A DNA stretch of 64,000 nt from Burkholderiales bacterium (GTDB taxonomy: Bacteria > Pseudomonadota > Gammaproteobacteria > Burkholderiales > SG8-41). The first letter of the stretch is position 1, and each line of letters starts with the position of its first letter. The DNA is taken from positions 17,545 through 81,544 of the forward strand of contig JAUXMZ010000075.1 of the NCBI GenBank assembly GCA_030683105.1, given 5' to 3'. Positions 9,296-19,553 of the stretch are shown here, one piece after another. The position numbers and the translations under genes are program-made. Below the pieces are notes generated by a model. That model made no database searches and was not told the origin of the DNA. It saw only the letters and a program-made list of their open reading frames with translations.

Positions 9296-10072
9296 ATGCC
9301 CGGCTTCGAATCGTTCTCAGTCTGGGTGGTGTTGTGGATCGTCGTCGTGATCGCGTTCTCCGCCCTGGTGCAGGGCACGCTGGGCCTGGGCTTTCCGATG
9401 GTGGCCACCCCGCTCATCGCATTGGCCACGGACATGAAGAGCGCGGTGATCCTGGTGCTGCTGCCCTGTGTCGCCACTGTCGTTGCCAACATCGTCAAGG
9501 GCGGCCCGCTGCGGCCCGTGCTCGCCGAGTTCTGGATGATGCCGTTTTATGCGCTGGCGGGGGCCGTGGTCGGCACGAGTTTTTTCATAGCGTTTCCAGC
9601 GTTCCCGTTTTCAGTGCTGCTGGCAACCGTGCTTCTGGTTTATCTTAATCTGGACCGGCTCGGTAAGACCGACTGGCCACTGATACGGCGGCACCAGGCG
9701 CTGTTCGGGGTGCTGTTCGGCCTGGCCGCGGGATTTACGGAAGGCACCGCCAACGCCGCCGCGCCGCCGTTGATCGTCTATTATCTGGCGCTGGGCCTCT
9801 CGCCGATCGCTTTGGTGCAGGCGCTCAATATCTGTTTTTTTGCCGGGAAGACAACGCAGTTCGCAACACTCGCTTCCAGCGGCGGCGTAAGCCTCGCGCA
9901 ATGGCTCATCACGCTGCCCTTCGCCGCCGTGGCCACGGGCGGTGTGTTGTACGGCATACGCATACGCAGCCGGGTCAGCGTTGCAACCTACCGGCGCTGG
10001 CTCAGGTTAATGCTGTTTGCCGTCGCGCTGCTGCTGCTCGGGCAATACGCATATGGCAAATGGGTCGCTTAA
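9296..10072 (+). CDS. TauE/SafE family sulfite exporter
   Basis: Multi-TM protein with LVQGTLGLGFPMVATP and GLAAGFTEG...APPLIVY repeats; divergent from xsc. Confidence 0.88.
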   Translation: MPGFESFSVWVVLWIVVVIAFSALVQGTLGLGFPMVATPLIALATDMKSAVILVLLPCVATVVANIVKGGPLRPVLAEFWMMPFYALAGAVVGTSFFIAFPAFPFSVLLATVLLVYLNLDRLGKTDWPLIRRHQALFGVLFGLAAGFTEGTANAAAPPLIVYYLALGLSPIALVQALNICFFAGKTTQFATLASSGGVSLAQWLITLPFAAVATGGVLYGIRIRSRVSVATYRRWLRLMLFAVALLLLGQYAYGKWVA

Positions 10073-10134
10073 CACCTCGGCAAACAAAACGGCCGGCGAT
10101 TAGCCGGCCGTGCCGCACTGCTTAACGACCGCGT

Positions 10135-10443
10135 CTAACTCTGCAGCATTTTCTTCAATTCACCGCTTTTATGCATCTCGGTCAAAATATCCGAGCCACC
10201 GACGAACTCGCCGTTGACATAAAGCTGCGGGATGGTCGGCCAGTTGGCAAAATCCTTGATGCCCTGGCGGATTTCCGGTTCCTCGAGCACGTTGACCGAG
10301 AAAAACTCATTAAGGCCACAGCCGCGCAGCATGCTCACGACATTGGCCGAAAATCCACACTGCGGAAAATCAGGCGATCCTTTCATGTACAACACTACCC
10401 GGTGCTTGCTGACCTGGTCTTTTATAACATCTTGAATACTCAT
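10135..10443 (-). CDS. grxD: Monothiol glutaredoxin Grx4
   Basis: MKG...PQCGFS, WPTIPQLY and GGSDI motifs. Confidence 0.97.
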   Translation of the reverse strand: MSIQDVIKDQVSKHRVVLYMKGSPDFPQCGFSANVVSMLRGCGLNEFFSVNVLEEPEIRQGIKDFANWPTIPQLYVNGEFVGGSDILTEMHKSGELKKMLQS

Positions 10444-10668
10444 GTTTTCTCCGATATACCTGACTATGCTAGTCGGGAATTATTTTAGCGGTTAACCGAG
10501 GCACTCGTCAAGCGTTGTTCAAGCGTCCGCAAAGACCTCCCGTCGCCAGCCACTTCACGATGCGTTGCCGGACGGTGGCAGAACAAGTAACCTGCAGTCA
10601 AAGCCACCAGCAGTCTGCCGGACTTGGCTCGATTCACCGGTCGCCTCGTTCTTAAGTTTTTTCATGTT

Positions 10669-10702
10669 AGGAGTTTGTCGGGGCTAAGTCCAACAAACTC
10701 CT
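10669..10702. repeat. 34-bp REP-like palindrome, copy 2
   Basis: AGGAGTTTGTCGG-GGCTAAGT-CCAACAAACTCCT. Confidence 0.88.
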
Positions 10703-10739
10703 AGAGCCAAAATAATTTTCTCGATGCGCGTGTATTGTA

Positions 10740-11837
10740 TTGCTTATGCCGACATTAAATACATACGCCGCCTTCGCCCTCGTTCCCGCACTTGCCGCAC
10801 TCCTGCTGGGCGCCTGCTCCAAGCAGGAGGCGCCGCCGGAAGCGCTGCGTCCGGTGCGTGTGCTACGGATGGCCCCAACAGAGATCGCCTCCGCGCTGCA
10901 GCTTGCAGGTGAAGTGCGGGCCCGGTATGAATCGCAGCTTGGCTTCCGGGTCGGCGGCAAGGTAGTGCGCCGCGATGTGGATGTGGGCCAGACGGTGAAG
11001 CCGGGTCAGACGCTCGCACGCCTCGACCCTCAGGACCTGCAACTCGCGCAGCAGGCCCAGGATGCAGTCCTCGCCGCCGCCCGCACTGACATGCAGGTCA
11101 CCCAGATCGATCTCAAGCGCTACCGCGAATTGCGCGAGAAAAATTTCATCAGCCAGGCGGATCTGGAGCGGCGCGAGGCGGCTTTTGAAGCCACCCAGGC
11201 CCGCTTCGAAGCGGCGCAGTCACAACTTCAGCAATTGCGCAATCAGGTCGGCTACAGCACGCTCGTCGCCGACACTGCCGGGGTGATCACGAGCATCGAG
11301 GTGGAGGCGGGCCAGGTCGTGGCGGCAGGCCAGACGGTCCTGCGCATAGCACGCCCGGGGGGGAAAGAAATCGCCGTCGCAGTACCCGAAGGCAGCATGG
11401 ATCTGCTGCGCCGGGCCGGCAGCATGGAAATTCGTCTCAGCGCCCTGCCGGGCCGGGTCTGGCAGGGAACGCTGCGCGAACTCTCGCCACGCGCCGATCC
11501 GGCAACGCGCACTTTTGCCGCTCGTGTGAGCCTGCCCGATGCGGGCCCTGCGGTCGAACTCGGCATGAGCGCCACGCTGGCGGTGCGTGGCGCAGCCGCG
11601 CCGGATGCACTCCAGGTGCCGCTGACCGCGCTTTACACCCGTAATGACCAGGCTCATGTCTGGATCGTCGATGAAAAAACCGGCGCAGTCTTCCTCACGG
11701 CAGTGAAAACCGCGGGCGTTGCCGGCAACCAGATGGTCATCGCTTCCGGCCTCAAGCCGGGCGACCTGGTCGTCACGGCGGGCGCGCAACTGCTCACCCC
11801 GGGCCAGCGGGTGCGCCTGCTGACCACCCAGCCGTGA
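10740..11837 (+). CDS. RND efflux periplasmic adaptor (MFP), lipoprotein
   Basis: Lipobox LLLGAC; LGFRVGGKVVRRDVDVGQTV...LARLD; DPATRTF. Confidence 0.93.
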   Translation: MLMPTLNTYAAFALVPALAALLLGACSKQEAPPEALRPVRVLRMAPTEIASALQLAGEVRARYESQLGFRVGGKVVRRDVDVGQTVKPGQTLARLDPQDLQLAQQAQDAVLAAARTDMQVTQIDLKRYRELREKNFISQADLERREAAFEATQARFEAAQSQLQQLRNQVGYSTLVADTAGVITSIEVEAGQVVAAGQTVLRIARPGGKEIAVAVPEGSMDLLRRAGSMEIRLSALPGRVWQGTLRELSPRADPATRTFAARVSLPDAGPAVELGMSATLAVRGAAAPDALQVPLTALYTRNDQAHVWIVDEKTGAVFLTAVKTAGVAGNQMVIASGLKPGDLVVTAGAQLLTPGQRVRLLTTQP

Positions 11838-14800
11838 CGCCAGACAGTACGGGCAGGTTCAACCTGTCGGCGGCGGTGCTGCGTCACCGCGAGATCACGC
11901 TGTTCTTCATCCTGGCAGTGGCCATCGGCGGGACACTCGCCTTCCTCAATCTCGGCCAGCGCGAAGATCCGGACTTCGCTTTCCGCGTCATGGTGATCCG
12001 TACACTATGGCCGGGGGCCAGCAGCGAACAGGTCAGCCGCCAGGTGACCGACCGCATCGAGAAAAAACTGCAGGAGATGCCCTATTACCGGCACACCATC
12101 AGTTATTCCAAGCCGGGGGAATCGCTGATCATCCTGGAATTGCTGGACAGCTCGCCGTCGAAAGAGGTGCCTCAACTCTGGTATCAGGCGCGCAAGAAAT
12201 TGGGCGATATCCACTCGGAACTGCCCCCGGAGGTAGCGGGCCCTTTCTTCAATGACGAATTCGGCGACGTGTTCGGCTCCATCTTCGCTTTCACCGCCGA
12301 CGGTTACACCCTTACCGAACTGAAGGACTACGTAGAGGATGTGCGGCAGGAACTGCAGCGGCTGCCCAACATCGCCAAGATCGCGCTGGTGGGGGTGCAG
12401 GAAGACCGGATTTTCGTGGAAATGTCGCACCGCAAGTTGGCCAGCCTGGGACTGCTGCCGGAGCACATCGCCCAGGCGCTTGCCGGACAGAACGCGATCA
12501 CGCCGGCCGGCAGCGTCGAGACGCCGGACAACTCGGTGCGACTGCAGGTGACGGGCGAACTGGAAACGGTCGAGGCCGTAAGCGCGCTGCCGCTGCGGGT
12601 GGGGGGGCAGACTTTACGCCTGGGCGACATTGCCCGCGTCTACCGGGGCTACGCCGACCCGCCGGTCTACACCATGCGCTTCAAGGGCCGGCCTGCGATC
12701 GGGCTCGCGGTCGCCATGAAAACCGATGGCGATGTGCTGGAGCTTGGCAAAGATCTGCAGCGCGAAACGGCCCGGCTGCGGCAGGACCTGCCGCTGGGCA
12801 TAGAGTTCGAGCAGGTGTCCAACCAGCCGGGGGTGGTGAAACTGGCCGTTGGCGAATTTCTGCGCGCGCTGGCGGAAGCGGTGGCCATCGTGCTGCTGGT
12901 GAGCTTCCTCACGCTGGGGCTGCGCACCGGCCTGGTGGTGGCGCTCACCATTCCGCTGGTGCTGGCCGCCACCTTCCTGCTCATGCGCTACTTCGGCATT
13001 GCTTTGCACCGGGTTTCCACCGGCGCGCTCATCATTGCGCTGGGCCTGCTGGTGGACGACGCCATCATCGCGGCCGAAATGATGGCGCGCAAAATCGAGG
13101 AAGGCTGGGACAAGGCGAAAGCGGCGACCTTCGCCTATTCTTCCACCGCATTCCCCATGCTTACCGGCACGCTCGTGACCGCGGTCGGGTTCCTGCCCAT
13201 AGCCACCGCGCGCTCGACTACCGGCGAGTACACTTTCGCCATTTTCGCCGTGGTCACCATCGCGCTGGTGATGTCGTGGTTCGCTGCAGTAATCGTCACG
13301 CCGTTTTTCGGCGCGCTCATACTCAAGAAGCGCGCGGATCACGGCCCGGGTCCCGCGCCCAGCGTGTACGAGACCCCGTTCTACCAGCGGCTGCGTGCAC
13401 TCATCGAATGGTGCATAACGCACCGCAAGACCGTGCTCGTCATTACGGCCGGCGTGTTCGCGCTCGGTGTCGCCGGCATGAACCTGACAGAGAAGCAGTT
13501 CTTCCCGTCTTCCAACCGCCTGGAGATCAACGTCGAGTTGTGGCTCCCCGAGGGGGCAAGCTACCAGGCTTCAGAAACCCAGGCGAAGAAACTGGAAACC
13601 GTGCTCGCCCAGGATCCGGATATCGAACAGTTTGCGACCTACGTGGGCAATGGCTCGCCGCGCTTTTTCCTGTCCTTTGACCAGCAACTGTTCCGGCCCA
13701 ATTTCGCCCAGGTGATCGTGTTGACGCACGATCTGCAGGCGCGGGAGCGGGTGGTGGAGCGATTGCGCAAGTTGTTCCAGGACGACTTCGCCGGGTTACG
13801 CACGCGGGTGATCCGGGTGCCCCTCGGGCCGCCGGTAAGCTGGCCGATTCAATTCCGTGTGATGGGCGAGGACAGCACCCGGCTCAAGGCCATTGCCGAC
13901 GATGTCCTGCATGTGGTGCAGGCTTCGCCCAACGCCCTCAATGTCAACATCGACTGGGGCAACCGGACGCCGATGCTGCGGGTGAACGTGGACCAGGACA
14001 AGGTCCGGGCTTTGGGCGTTTCCACGACCAGCGTGTCGCGGGCGCTGCAAGCCGCGGTCTCGGGCCTGCCGCTCGCCCAGTACCGGGAAAACGAGCGTCT
14101 GATCCAGATCGTGCTGCGCGCGCCGGAGGCCGAACGCAATCTGCTCTCGGCGGTGAAGGATATCAACGTGCCCACCGCCTCGGGCCGTTACGTGCCCCTG
14201 TCCCAGGTCGCCAGAGTCGAGGAAACCTTCGAGGAACCCATCATCTGGCGGCGTGACCGGTTGCCCGCCATGACCGTGCGCGCGGACATCGTTGACGGGG
14301 TGCAGGCCCCTGATGTGGCGAGCGCCATCGACAAACAACTCCAGGATATCCGCGGCAAGCTGCCGTTCGGCTACCGCATCGAAGTCGGCGGCGCGCACGA
14401 GGAAAACACCAAGGCCCAGAACTCCATTATCGTCGGGATGCCCATGATGCTGGGGATTGTGCTCGGGTTGCTGATCCTGCAACTGCAGAGCTTTTCGCTG
14501 ATGGCGATGGTGCTCGCCACCGCGCCGCTTGGCATCGTGGGCGTGGCTCTGGCACTGCTGGTATTCAACAAACCTTTTGGTTTCGTCGCCATGCTCGGCA
14601 CCATTGCGCTGGGCGGCATGATCATGCGCAACACCATAATCCTTGTGGATCAGATCCAGCAGGACATTCGCAGCGGGCACCCGACCTGGGTCGCCATCCG
14701 CGAGGCCACGGTGCGCCGCTTCCGCCCCATTTCGCTCACTGCCGCCGCATCCATCCTCGCCATGATCCCGCTCACGCGCAGTGTGCTGTGGGGCCCCATG

Positions 14801-14908
14801 GCATTCGCCATCATGGGCGGACTGATCGTGGCGACCGCGTTGACCGTCTTCGCCGTGCCGGCGCTTTATGCCGCCTGGTTCAGAGTCGTCAAACCCGCTG
14901 GCTCTTAG
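11834..14908 (+). CDS. RND efflux permease (AcrB/AcrD/AcrF family)
   Basis: 1024 aa; GQREDP, NDEFGDV, GLLVDDAII and RFRPISLT motifs; overlaps the adaptor by 4 bp. Confidence 0.95.
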   Translation: MTPDSTGRFNLSAAVLRHREITLFFILAVAIGGTLAFLNLGQREDPDFAFRVMVIRTLWPGASSEQVSRQVTDRIEKKLQEMPYYRHTISYSKPGESLIILELLDSSPSKEVPQLWYQARKKLGDIHSELPPEVAGPFFNDEFGDVFGSIFAFTADGYTLTELKDYVEDVRQELQRLPNIAKIALVGVQEDRIFVEMSHRKLASLGLLPEHIAQALAGQNAITPAGSVETPDNSVRLQVTGELETVEAVSALPLRVGGQTLRLGDIARVYRGYADPPVYTMRFKGRPAIGLAVAMKTDGDVLELGKDLQRETARLRQDLPLGIEFEQVSNQPGVVKLAVGEFLRALAEAVAIVLLVSFLTLGLRTGLVVALTIPLVLAATFLLMRYFGIALHRVSTGALIIALGLLVDDAIIAAEMMARKIEEGWDKAKAATFAYSSTAFPMLTGTLVTAVGFLPIATARSTTGEYTFAIFAVVTIALVMSWFAAVIVTPFFGALILKKRADHGPGPAPSVYETPFYQRLRALIEWCITHRKTVLVITAGVFALGVAGMNLTEKQFFPSSNRLEINVELWLPEGASYQASETQAKKLETVLAQDPDIEQFATYVGNGSPRFFLSFDQQLFRPNFAQVIVLTHDLQARERVVERLRKLFQDDFAGLRTRVIRVPLGPPVSWPIQFRVMGEDSTRLKAIADDVLHVVQASPNALNVNIDWGNRTPMLRVNVDQDKVRALGVSTTSVSRALQAAVSGLPLAQYRENERLIQIVLRAPEAERNLLSAVKDINVPTASGRYVPLSQVARVEETFEEPIIWRRDRLPAMTVRADIVDGVQAPDVASAIDKQLQDIRGKLPFGYRIEVGGAHEENTKAQNSIIVGMPMMLGIVLGLLILQLQSFSLMAMVLATAPLGIVGVALALLVFNKPFGFVAMLGTIALGGMIMRNTIILVDQIQQDIRSGHPTWVAIREATVRRFRPISLTAAASILAMIPLTRSVLWGPMAFAIMGGLIVATALTVFAVPALYAAWFRVVKPAGS

Positions 14909-14925
14909 GGCCTGTTGCGCAGAAA

Positions 14926-15750
14926 CTAACCCGCGCCCATTGCCCCGCCGCTGACCCGCTCTATCCCCGCCAAGTCCTGCCATGAACGGACCGCAGTAAA
15001 TCCGGCGGCCTGCATCAACGCCCGGCATTGTGCAGCCTGGTCCCAGCCGTGTTCAAACAACAGCCAGCCACCGCCCGCTAGGTGCGCGCCGGCCCCGGCA
15101 ACGATATCCCGTATGCAGGTGAGCCCGTCGGCCCCGGCGATGAGCGCCGCAGCCGGCTCGAAACGCACGTCCCCGCTCGCGAGGTGCGGGTCGCCCTCGG
15201 CAATATAGGGCGGATTGGACACGATGACATCGAAACGCCCGCCGCCGGATGCGGCAAACCAGTCGCCCTGAGAGAACTCGATGTCATGCACGCCGAGGAC
15301 GCGCGCATTCTCAGCCGCAATGTCGAGTGCGTCCCGCGAGCGGTCGGTCGCCGTCACCCTCGCTTGCGCACGGTGTTTTGCAATGCTGATCGCGATACAG
15401 CCGCTGCCGCAACCTAGATCGAGCACGCGGCAGGGCGCATCTTGCGGAATGCGTTCCAGCGCCAGGTCCACCAGAAGTTCGGTCTCCGGTCGCGGGATCA
15501 GCACCGCCGGTGTCACCTTGAAATCGAGGCTGAAAAATTCGCGCTGCCCGTTCAGGTAGGCGACCGGCTCTCCGGCGGCACGGCGCGCGGCCAGCGCAAG
15601 AAAGCGCGCCAGCGGCTCGCCGGCGACGACATGCTCAGGATGCGCCGCGAGATACGCGTGGCTTACGCCCAGAACCGACTGCAGCAGAATGCGCGCATCG
15701 AGCGGATCGATGCGCGCCGTGCGCAGAAGTTCAGCTACGGTCGAGGCCAT
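14926..15750 (-). CDS. prmC: Release factor glutamine methyltransferase
   Basis: LIPRPETE, LDLGCGSG, NPPY and LLFEHGWDQ motifs; downstream of prfA. Confidence 0.97.
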   Translation of the reverse strand: MASTVAELLRTARIDPLDARILLQSVLGVSHAYLAAHPEHVVAGEPLARFLALAARRAAGEPVAYLNGQREFFSLDFKVTPAVLIPRPETELLVDLALERIPQDAPCRVLDLGCGSGCIAISIAKHRAQARVTATDRSRDALDIAAENARVLGVHDIEFSQGDWFAASGGGRFDVIVSNPPYIAEGDPHLASGDVRFEPAAALIAGADGLTCIRDIVAGAGAHLAGGGWLLFEHGWDQAAQCRALMQAAGFTAVRSWQDLAGIERVSGGAMGAG

Positions 15751-15816
15751 GAATCGACCATGCCACGGCTGTGTGCGGGACGGTTTCGTGCGCCGGCATC
15801 ATGAGCGAAACCCGGC

Positions 15817-16908
15817 TCATGCCGGCTGCGTTTCTTCGGACAGCTGGGCCAGCAGCTCGGCCTGATGCTCCGTGGTCAGCGCATCAACCAGCGGATCGAT
15901 GTCCCCGTCCATGATCTGCGCGATCTTGTAGAGCGTGAGATTGATGCGATGGTCGGTCACGCGGCCTTGGGGGAAGTTATAAGTGCGTATCCGTTCGGAG
16001 CGGTCGCCGCTGCCGATCAGGGATTTACGGGTGGCCGCCGTTTTCGCCTGCTGTTCGCGCAGTTGTTTGTCCTTGATGCGCGCCGCGAGCACGGCCAGCG
16101 CGCGCGCCTTGTTCTTGTGCTGCGATCTGTCGTCCTGACACTCAACGACGATGCCTGTGGGCAAGTGCGTGATGCGAATCGCGGAATCGGTCTTGTTGAT
16201 ATGCTGGCCGCCGGCACCGGAAGCCCGGTATGTATCGATTTTCAGTTCAGCCGGGTTCAGCACCACGTCGGCGACCGCGTCAGCCTCCGGCATGACCGCC
16301 ACCGTGCACGCGGAAGTGTGGATACGTCCCTGCGTTTCGGTCACCGGCACGCGCTGCACGCGGTGCCCGCCGGACTCGAACTTGAGTTTTGAATACGCGC
16401 CGCGGCCGATGATTTTGGCGATGATCTCCTTGTAGCCCCCCATTTCGCCGGAGCTTTGCGACATCAGCTCTACCTGCCAGCCGCTGCGCTCGGCGTAACG
16501 CGAGTACATGCGGAACAGCTCTCCCGCGAACAACGCTGATTCGTCGCCGCCGGTGCCGGCGCGCACCTCCAGGAATATATTGCGGTCATCATTGGGGTCT
16601 TTGGGCAGCAGCTGTTTTTGCAGCTCGGACTCGAGCCGGCCCAGTTGTTCGCGGCCCTCGCGGATTTCGGCTTCCGCAAACTCCCGCATCGCGGGGTCGG
16701 ACGCCATTTCCTGGGCTGCCTTAATGTCCTGCTCGTGACTGCGGTACGCCTTGAACAGCTCGACCACGGTCGCGATTTCCGCATGCTCGCGAGTAATCCT
16801 GCGATATTGCTCCATATCGGAGGTCGCCGCCTCGGTGTTGAGAAAGCGGTTGATTTCTTCCAGCCGGCCTTCGAGTTGCGCCAGCTTGGCGAAGATGTTC
16901 TGATTCAT
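15817..16908 (-). CDS. prfA: Peptide chain release factor 1
   Basis: GGQ motif ([13 protein letters not shown]), PVT tripeptide, [10 protein letters not shown]. Start at ATG 16908; the extension to 16953 merely translates a tandem repeat. Confidence 0.97.
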   Translation of the reverse strand: MNQNIFAKLAQLEGRLEEINRFLNTEAATSDMEQYRRITREHAEIATVVELFKAYRSHEQDIKAAQEMASDPAMREFAEAEIREGREQLGRLESELQKQLLPKDPNDDRNIFLEVRAGTGGDESALFAGELFRMYSRYAERSGWQVELMSQSSGEMGGYKEIIAKIIGRGAYSKLKFESGGHRVQRVPVTETQGRIHTSACTVAVMPEADAVADVVLNPAELKIDTYRASGAGGQHINKTDSAIRITHLPTGIVVECQDDRSQHKNKARALAVLAARIKDKQLREQQAKTAATRKSLIGSGDRSERIRTYNFPQGRVTDHRINLTLYKIAQIMDGDIDPLVDALTTEHQAELLAQLSEETQPA

Positions 16909-16918
16909 GCAAGACCAG

Positions 16919-16946
16919 TGATTGGTGATTGGTGATTGGTGATTGG
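16919..16946. repeat. Heptamer tandem repeat (TGATTGG)4
   Basis: Four exact copies, 10 bp upstream of the prfA start. Confidence 0.95.
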
Positions 16947-17006
16947 CAGACATCGAACCTGCGTCGCAGGTTGTTTGCTTGCCGTTTGCTGCCGCCCGCC
17001 CCTATG

Positions 17007-18260
17007 TCATTCCGGGGGCTGGATCTGGTAGAGGCGTCTTAACATCGACGCCAGCTGCTCGCGATCTTCCTCGCTCGCATAGTTGAGCGCGTGACTCGGC
17101 GGATGAAGAAATTTATTGGTGAGCGCGCGCGACAGCTGCTCGAGCACGAGTTGCGGATCGTCGCCGTGGCCGAGCCGGCGCAGCGCGCGCTCCAGTTCGT
17201 GGCGGCGCGAACGCTCCGCCGCATCACGCAGCGCGCGTATGGTCGGCACCAGTTCCCGGTTGCCCAGCCAGTGCATGAAGTCCGTGACCTGGTTTTCGAT
17301 GATCACTTCGGCCTGGGACACCGCATTCTGGCGCACCCCCAGGCCTTCGCGCGCGATATTGCCCAGGTCGTCGACGGTATACAGGAAAACGTCGTCGAGC
17401 GCGGCGACTTCGCCTTCGATGTCGCGCGGCACGGCAAGATCGAACATCAGAATGGGGCGGTGCTTGCGCGCCTTCAATGCGCTTTCGATGACGCCTTTGC
17501 CGATGATCGGCAGCGGGCTTGCCGTGCAGCAGACGATGATGTCGTGCAGCGGCAACTGTCCCTGCATGTCGTTCAGCGCGATGGTCCGCCCCAGAAAGCG
17601 GTCGGCGAGATGCTGCGCGCGCTCCGCGGTGCGGTTGGCGAACGTCATGTGGCGCGGATGATGCGCGGCAAAGTGCGTGGCGCACAGTTCTATCATTTCG
17701 CCAGCGCCGATGAACATGATGTTCTGTTCGGCAATGCTGGGGTAGATGCGTTGCGCCAGCTGAACTGCCGCGGAAGCCATCGATACCGTGCTGGCGCCTA
17801 TATCCGTCTGGCTACGCACCGCTTTGGCGACCGAAAACGTGCGCTGAAACAACTTGTTAAGCAGCAGGCCCAGAGTGCCGGCGGATTCCGCGGTACGCAC
17901 CGCGTCCTTGAACTGCCCCAGAATCTGCGGCTCGCCCAGCACCATGGAATCAAGCCCGCTGGCCACGCGGAATGCGTGTTTCACCGCTTTTTCCTGCGGC
18001 AGCCGGTAGAGATACGGCTCGAGTTGCTGGGGCTTCAGCCGGTGATAGCCGGCCAGCCAGTCGGTCGCGAGGGTGGGATCATCGGTATTGCAGTAGATCT
18101 CGGTGCGATTGCAAGTCGAGATGATCGCCGCCTCCTTCACCGGCTTGCGACCGACCAGGTCCTGCAGCGCCTGCACCAGATTTTCAGCGTGAAACACCAC
18201 CTGCTCGCGCACGGACAGCGGAGCGGTCTGGTGATTGACGCCGAAAGTGAAAATCTGCAT
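17007..18260 (-). CDS. hemA: Glutamyl-tRNA reductase
   Basis: [28 protein letters not shown] and DLAVPRDI motifs. Confidence 0.98.
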   Translation of the reverse strand: MQIFTFGVNHQTAPLSVREQVVFHAENLVQALQDLVGRKPVKEAAIISTCNRTEIYCNTDDPTLATDWLAGYHRLKPQQLEPYLYRLPQEKAVKHAFRVASGLDSMVLGEPQILGQFKDAVRTAESAGTLGLLLNKLFQRTFSVAKAVRSQTDIGASTVSMASAAVQLAQRIYPSIAEQNIMFIGAGEMIELCATHFAAHHPRHMTFANRTAERAQHLADRFLGRTIALNDMQGQLPLHDIIVCCTASPLPIIGKGVIESALKARKHRPILMFDLAVPRDIEGEVAALDDVFLYTVDDLGNIAREGLGVRQNAVSQAEVIIENQVTDFMHWLGNRELVPTIRALRDAAERSRRHELERALRRLGHGDDPQLVLEQLSRALTNKFLHPPSHALNYASEEDREQLASMLRRLYQIQPPE

Positions 18261-18399
18261 CGAGTGAGGGCCAAAAAAGGTTATATATTATATACCTACC
18301 GCCATGGCCGACAATGCCGCAACCGCGCGAAGGCTCGCTCATGCGTCATCCCGGGCGTGGGCGCGCCTATTGCGGGAAATATCCGGGGCTTTTCATTTA

Positions 18400-18433
18400 A
18401 TGAGTTTGTCGGCGCTGAGTCCGACAAACTCCT
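18400..18433. repeat. 34-bp REP-like palindrome, copy 3
   Basis: ATGAGTTTGTCGG-CGCTGAGT-CCGACAAACTCCT; overlaps the stop of the upstream dehydrogenase. Confidence 0.85.
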
Positions 18434-19427
18434 AAGCCGCGCGTTCGTTCAACAGCGCCTCTCCACGCGCCCATTTGACGAGATTGGCCGCGAAAACATC
18501 GGCGGCGCGCCCTTCGTTTCCGGCCGAGGCCGAGGCATTGTGAGGGCTGACGATTACGTTGGGCAAATTCCACAACGGCGACTCCGGCGGCAGCGGCTCT
18601 TGCTCGAATACGTCGAGATAGGCGCCGCCCAGCCGCCCGCTTTGCAGGGCGGCGATCAGCGCCGGCTGATCGGCAACGCCGCCACGCGCGACGTTGATGA
18701 TATGCGCGCCATCGGGCAGCAAGGCCATTGTCCCGGCGTTGATGAGGCCGCGGGTCTCGTCAGTCAGCGGACAGGCGAGCACCACCCAGTCGCAGCGCGG
18801 CAGTACTGCCGGGAATTCCGCGAGCGTATGCATTTCGTTCACCGGGTCGCCGGGCTGCAGCGGGCTCCTGCGCACGCCTATGACATGCATGCCCAGTGCC
18901 TGGCAGAAGCGCGCAATTGTGGCGCCTATGGTTCCGAGGCCAACGACGGCTATGGTTTGGCCGCGCAGGTCTCTCGGCACCGCAGAACCGCGGACCGGCT
19001 CCCACGCGTGACGGCGTTGCGAATCTATCCAGCGCGGAAAACCGCGTGCCAGCATCAGCAGGCCGCCTATCGCCGTCTGTCCGACCGGTTCGCCGTTGGT
19101 GCCGGCAGAGGTGGTCAGCCTGACGCCACGCCCGATCAACGCCGGCAGGAACGGATGCTGGTCGATGCCGGTGCTCACGAAATGCACCCACTTGAGATTG
19201 CGGGCGGCCGTGACCGCGGCGCCAAACATATGGTAATGCTCGGAAAACCGGATATCGCGCGTGAGAAAGGCGATCTCTACCCACTCGCAGTCCGCGGCGG
19301 ACAACTGTGTTTTGGCATCATCCGGAAGATGGATGGCCTCGAGGGTGATCCCGGCTTCTTTGACAGCGGGTGCCAGGCGGGCGCCGAACTCCGAGACGAA
19401 CTTCTTGGACAGCAACATGCCGGTCAT
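18432..19427 (-). CDS. D-2-hydroxyacid dehydrogenase family protein
   Basis: VVGLGTIG, CPLTDETRGLI, INVARG, AYLDVFEQEPL and SPH motifs; start at ATG 19427. Confidence 0.92.
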   Translation of the reverse strand: MTGMLLSKKFVSEFGARLAPAVKEAGITLEAIHLPDDAKTQLSAADCEWVEIAFLTRDIRFSEHYHMFGAAVTAARNLKWVHFVSTGIDQHPFLPALIGRGVRLTTSAGTNGEPVGQTAIGGLLMLARGFPRWIDSQRRHAWEPVRGSAVPRDLRGQTIAVVGLGTIGATIARFCQALGMHVIGVRRSPLQPGDPVNEMHTLAEFPAVLPRCDWVVLACPLTDETRGLINAGTMALLPDGAHIINVARGGVADQPALIAALQSGRLGGAYLDVFEQEPLPPESPLWNLPNVIVSPHNASASAGNEGRAADVFAANLVKWARGEALLNERAA

Positions 19428-19443
19428 AGGATCCCTGCGGGAT

Positions 19444-19510
19444 GAGTGAAGGGTGAAGAGTGAAGGGTGATCCCCTTCTCCCACCCTCGCTCGCTGCGCT
19501 GGCTCTTCCC
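19444..19510. repeat. Heptamer tandem (GAGTGAA/GGGTGAA x4) followed by an imperfect CT-rich/GA-rich palindrome
   Basis: GAGTGAA GGGTGAA GAGTGAA GGGTGAT, then TCCCCTTCTCCC...GGGAGGCGGGGGAGAGA. Confidence 0.65.
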
Positions 19511-19553
19511 CGGGAGGCGGGGGAGAGACGGATGCATTCCACGTTTCATGTAT

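Noticed and set aside
16909-16953. N-terminal extension of prfA ([15 protein letters not shown]); similar extensions at 19428-19484 and 31350-31469
   Set aside because: They translate intergenic repeats; homology begins at the downstream Met.
17091-19445. 784-aa plus-strand ORF
   Set aside because: Antisense shadow of hemA and the D-2-hydroxyacid dehydrogenase; no motifs; typical of high-GC DNA.
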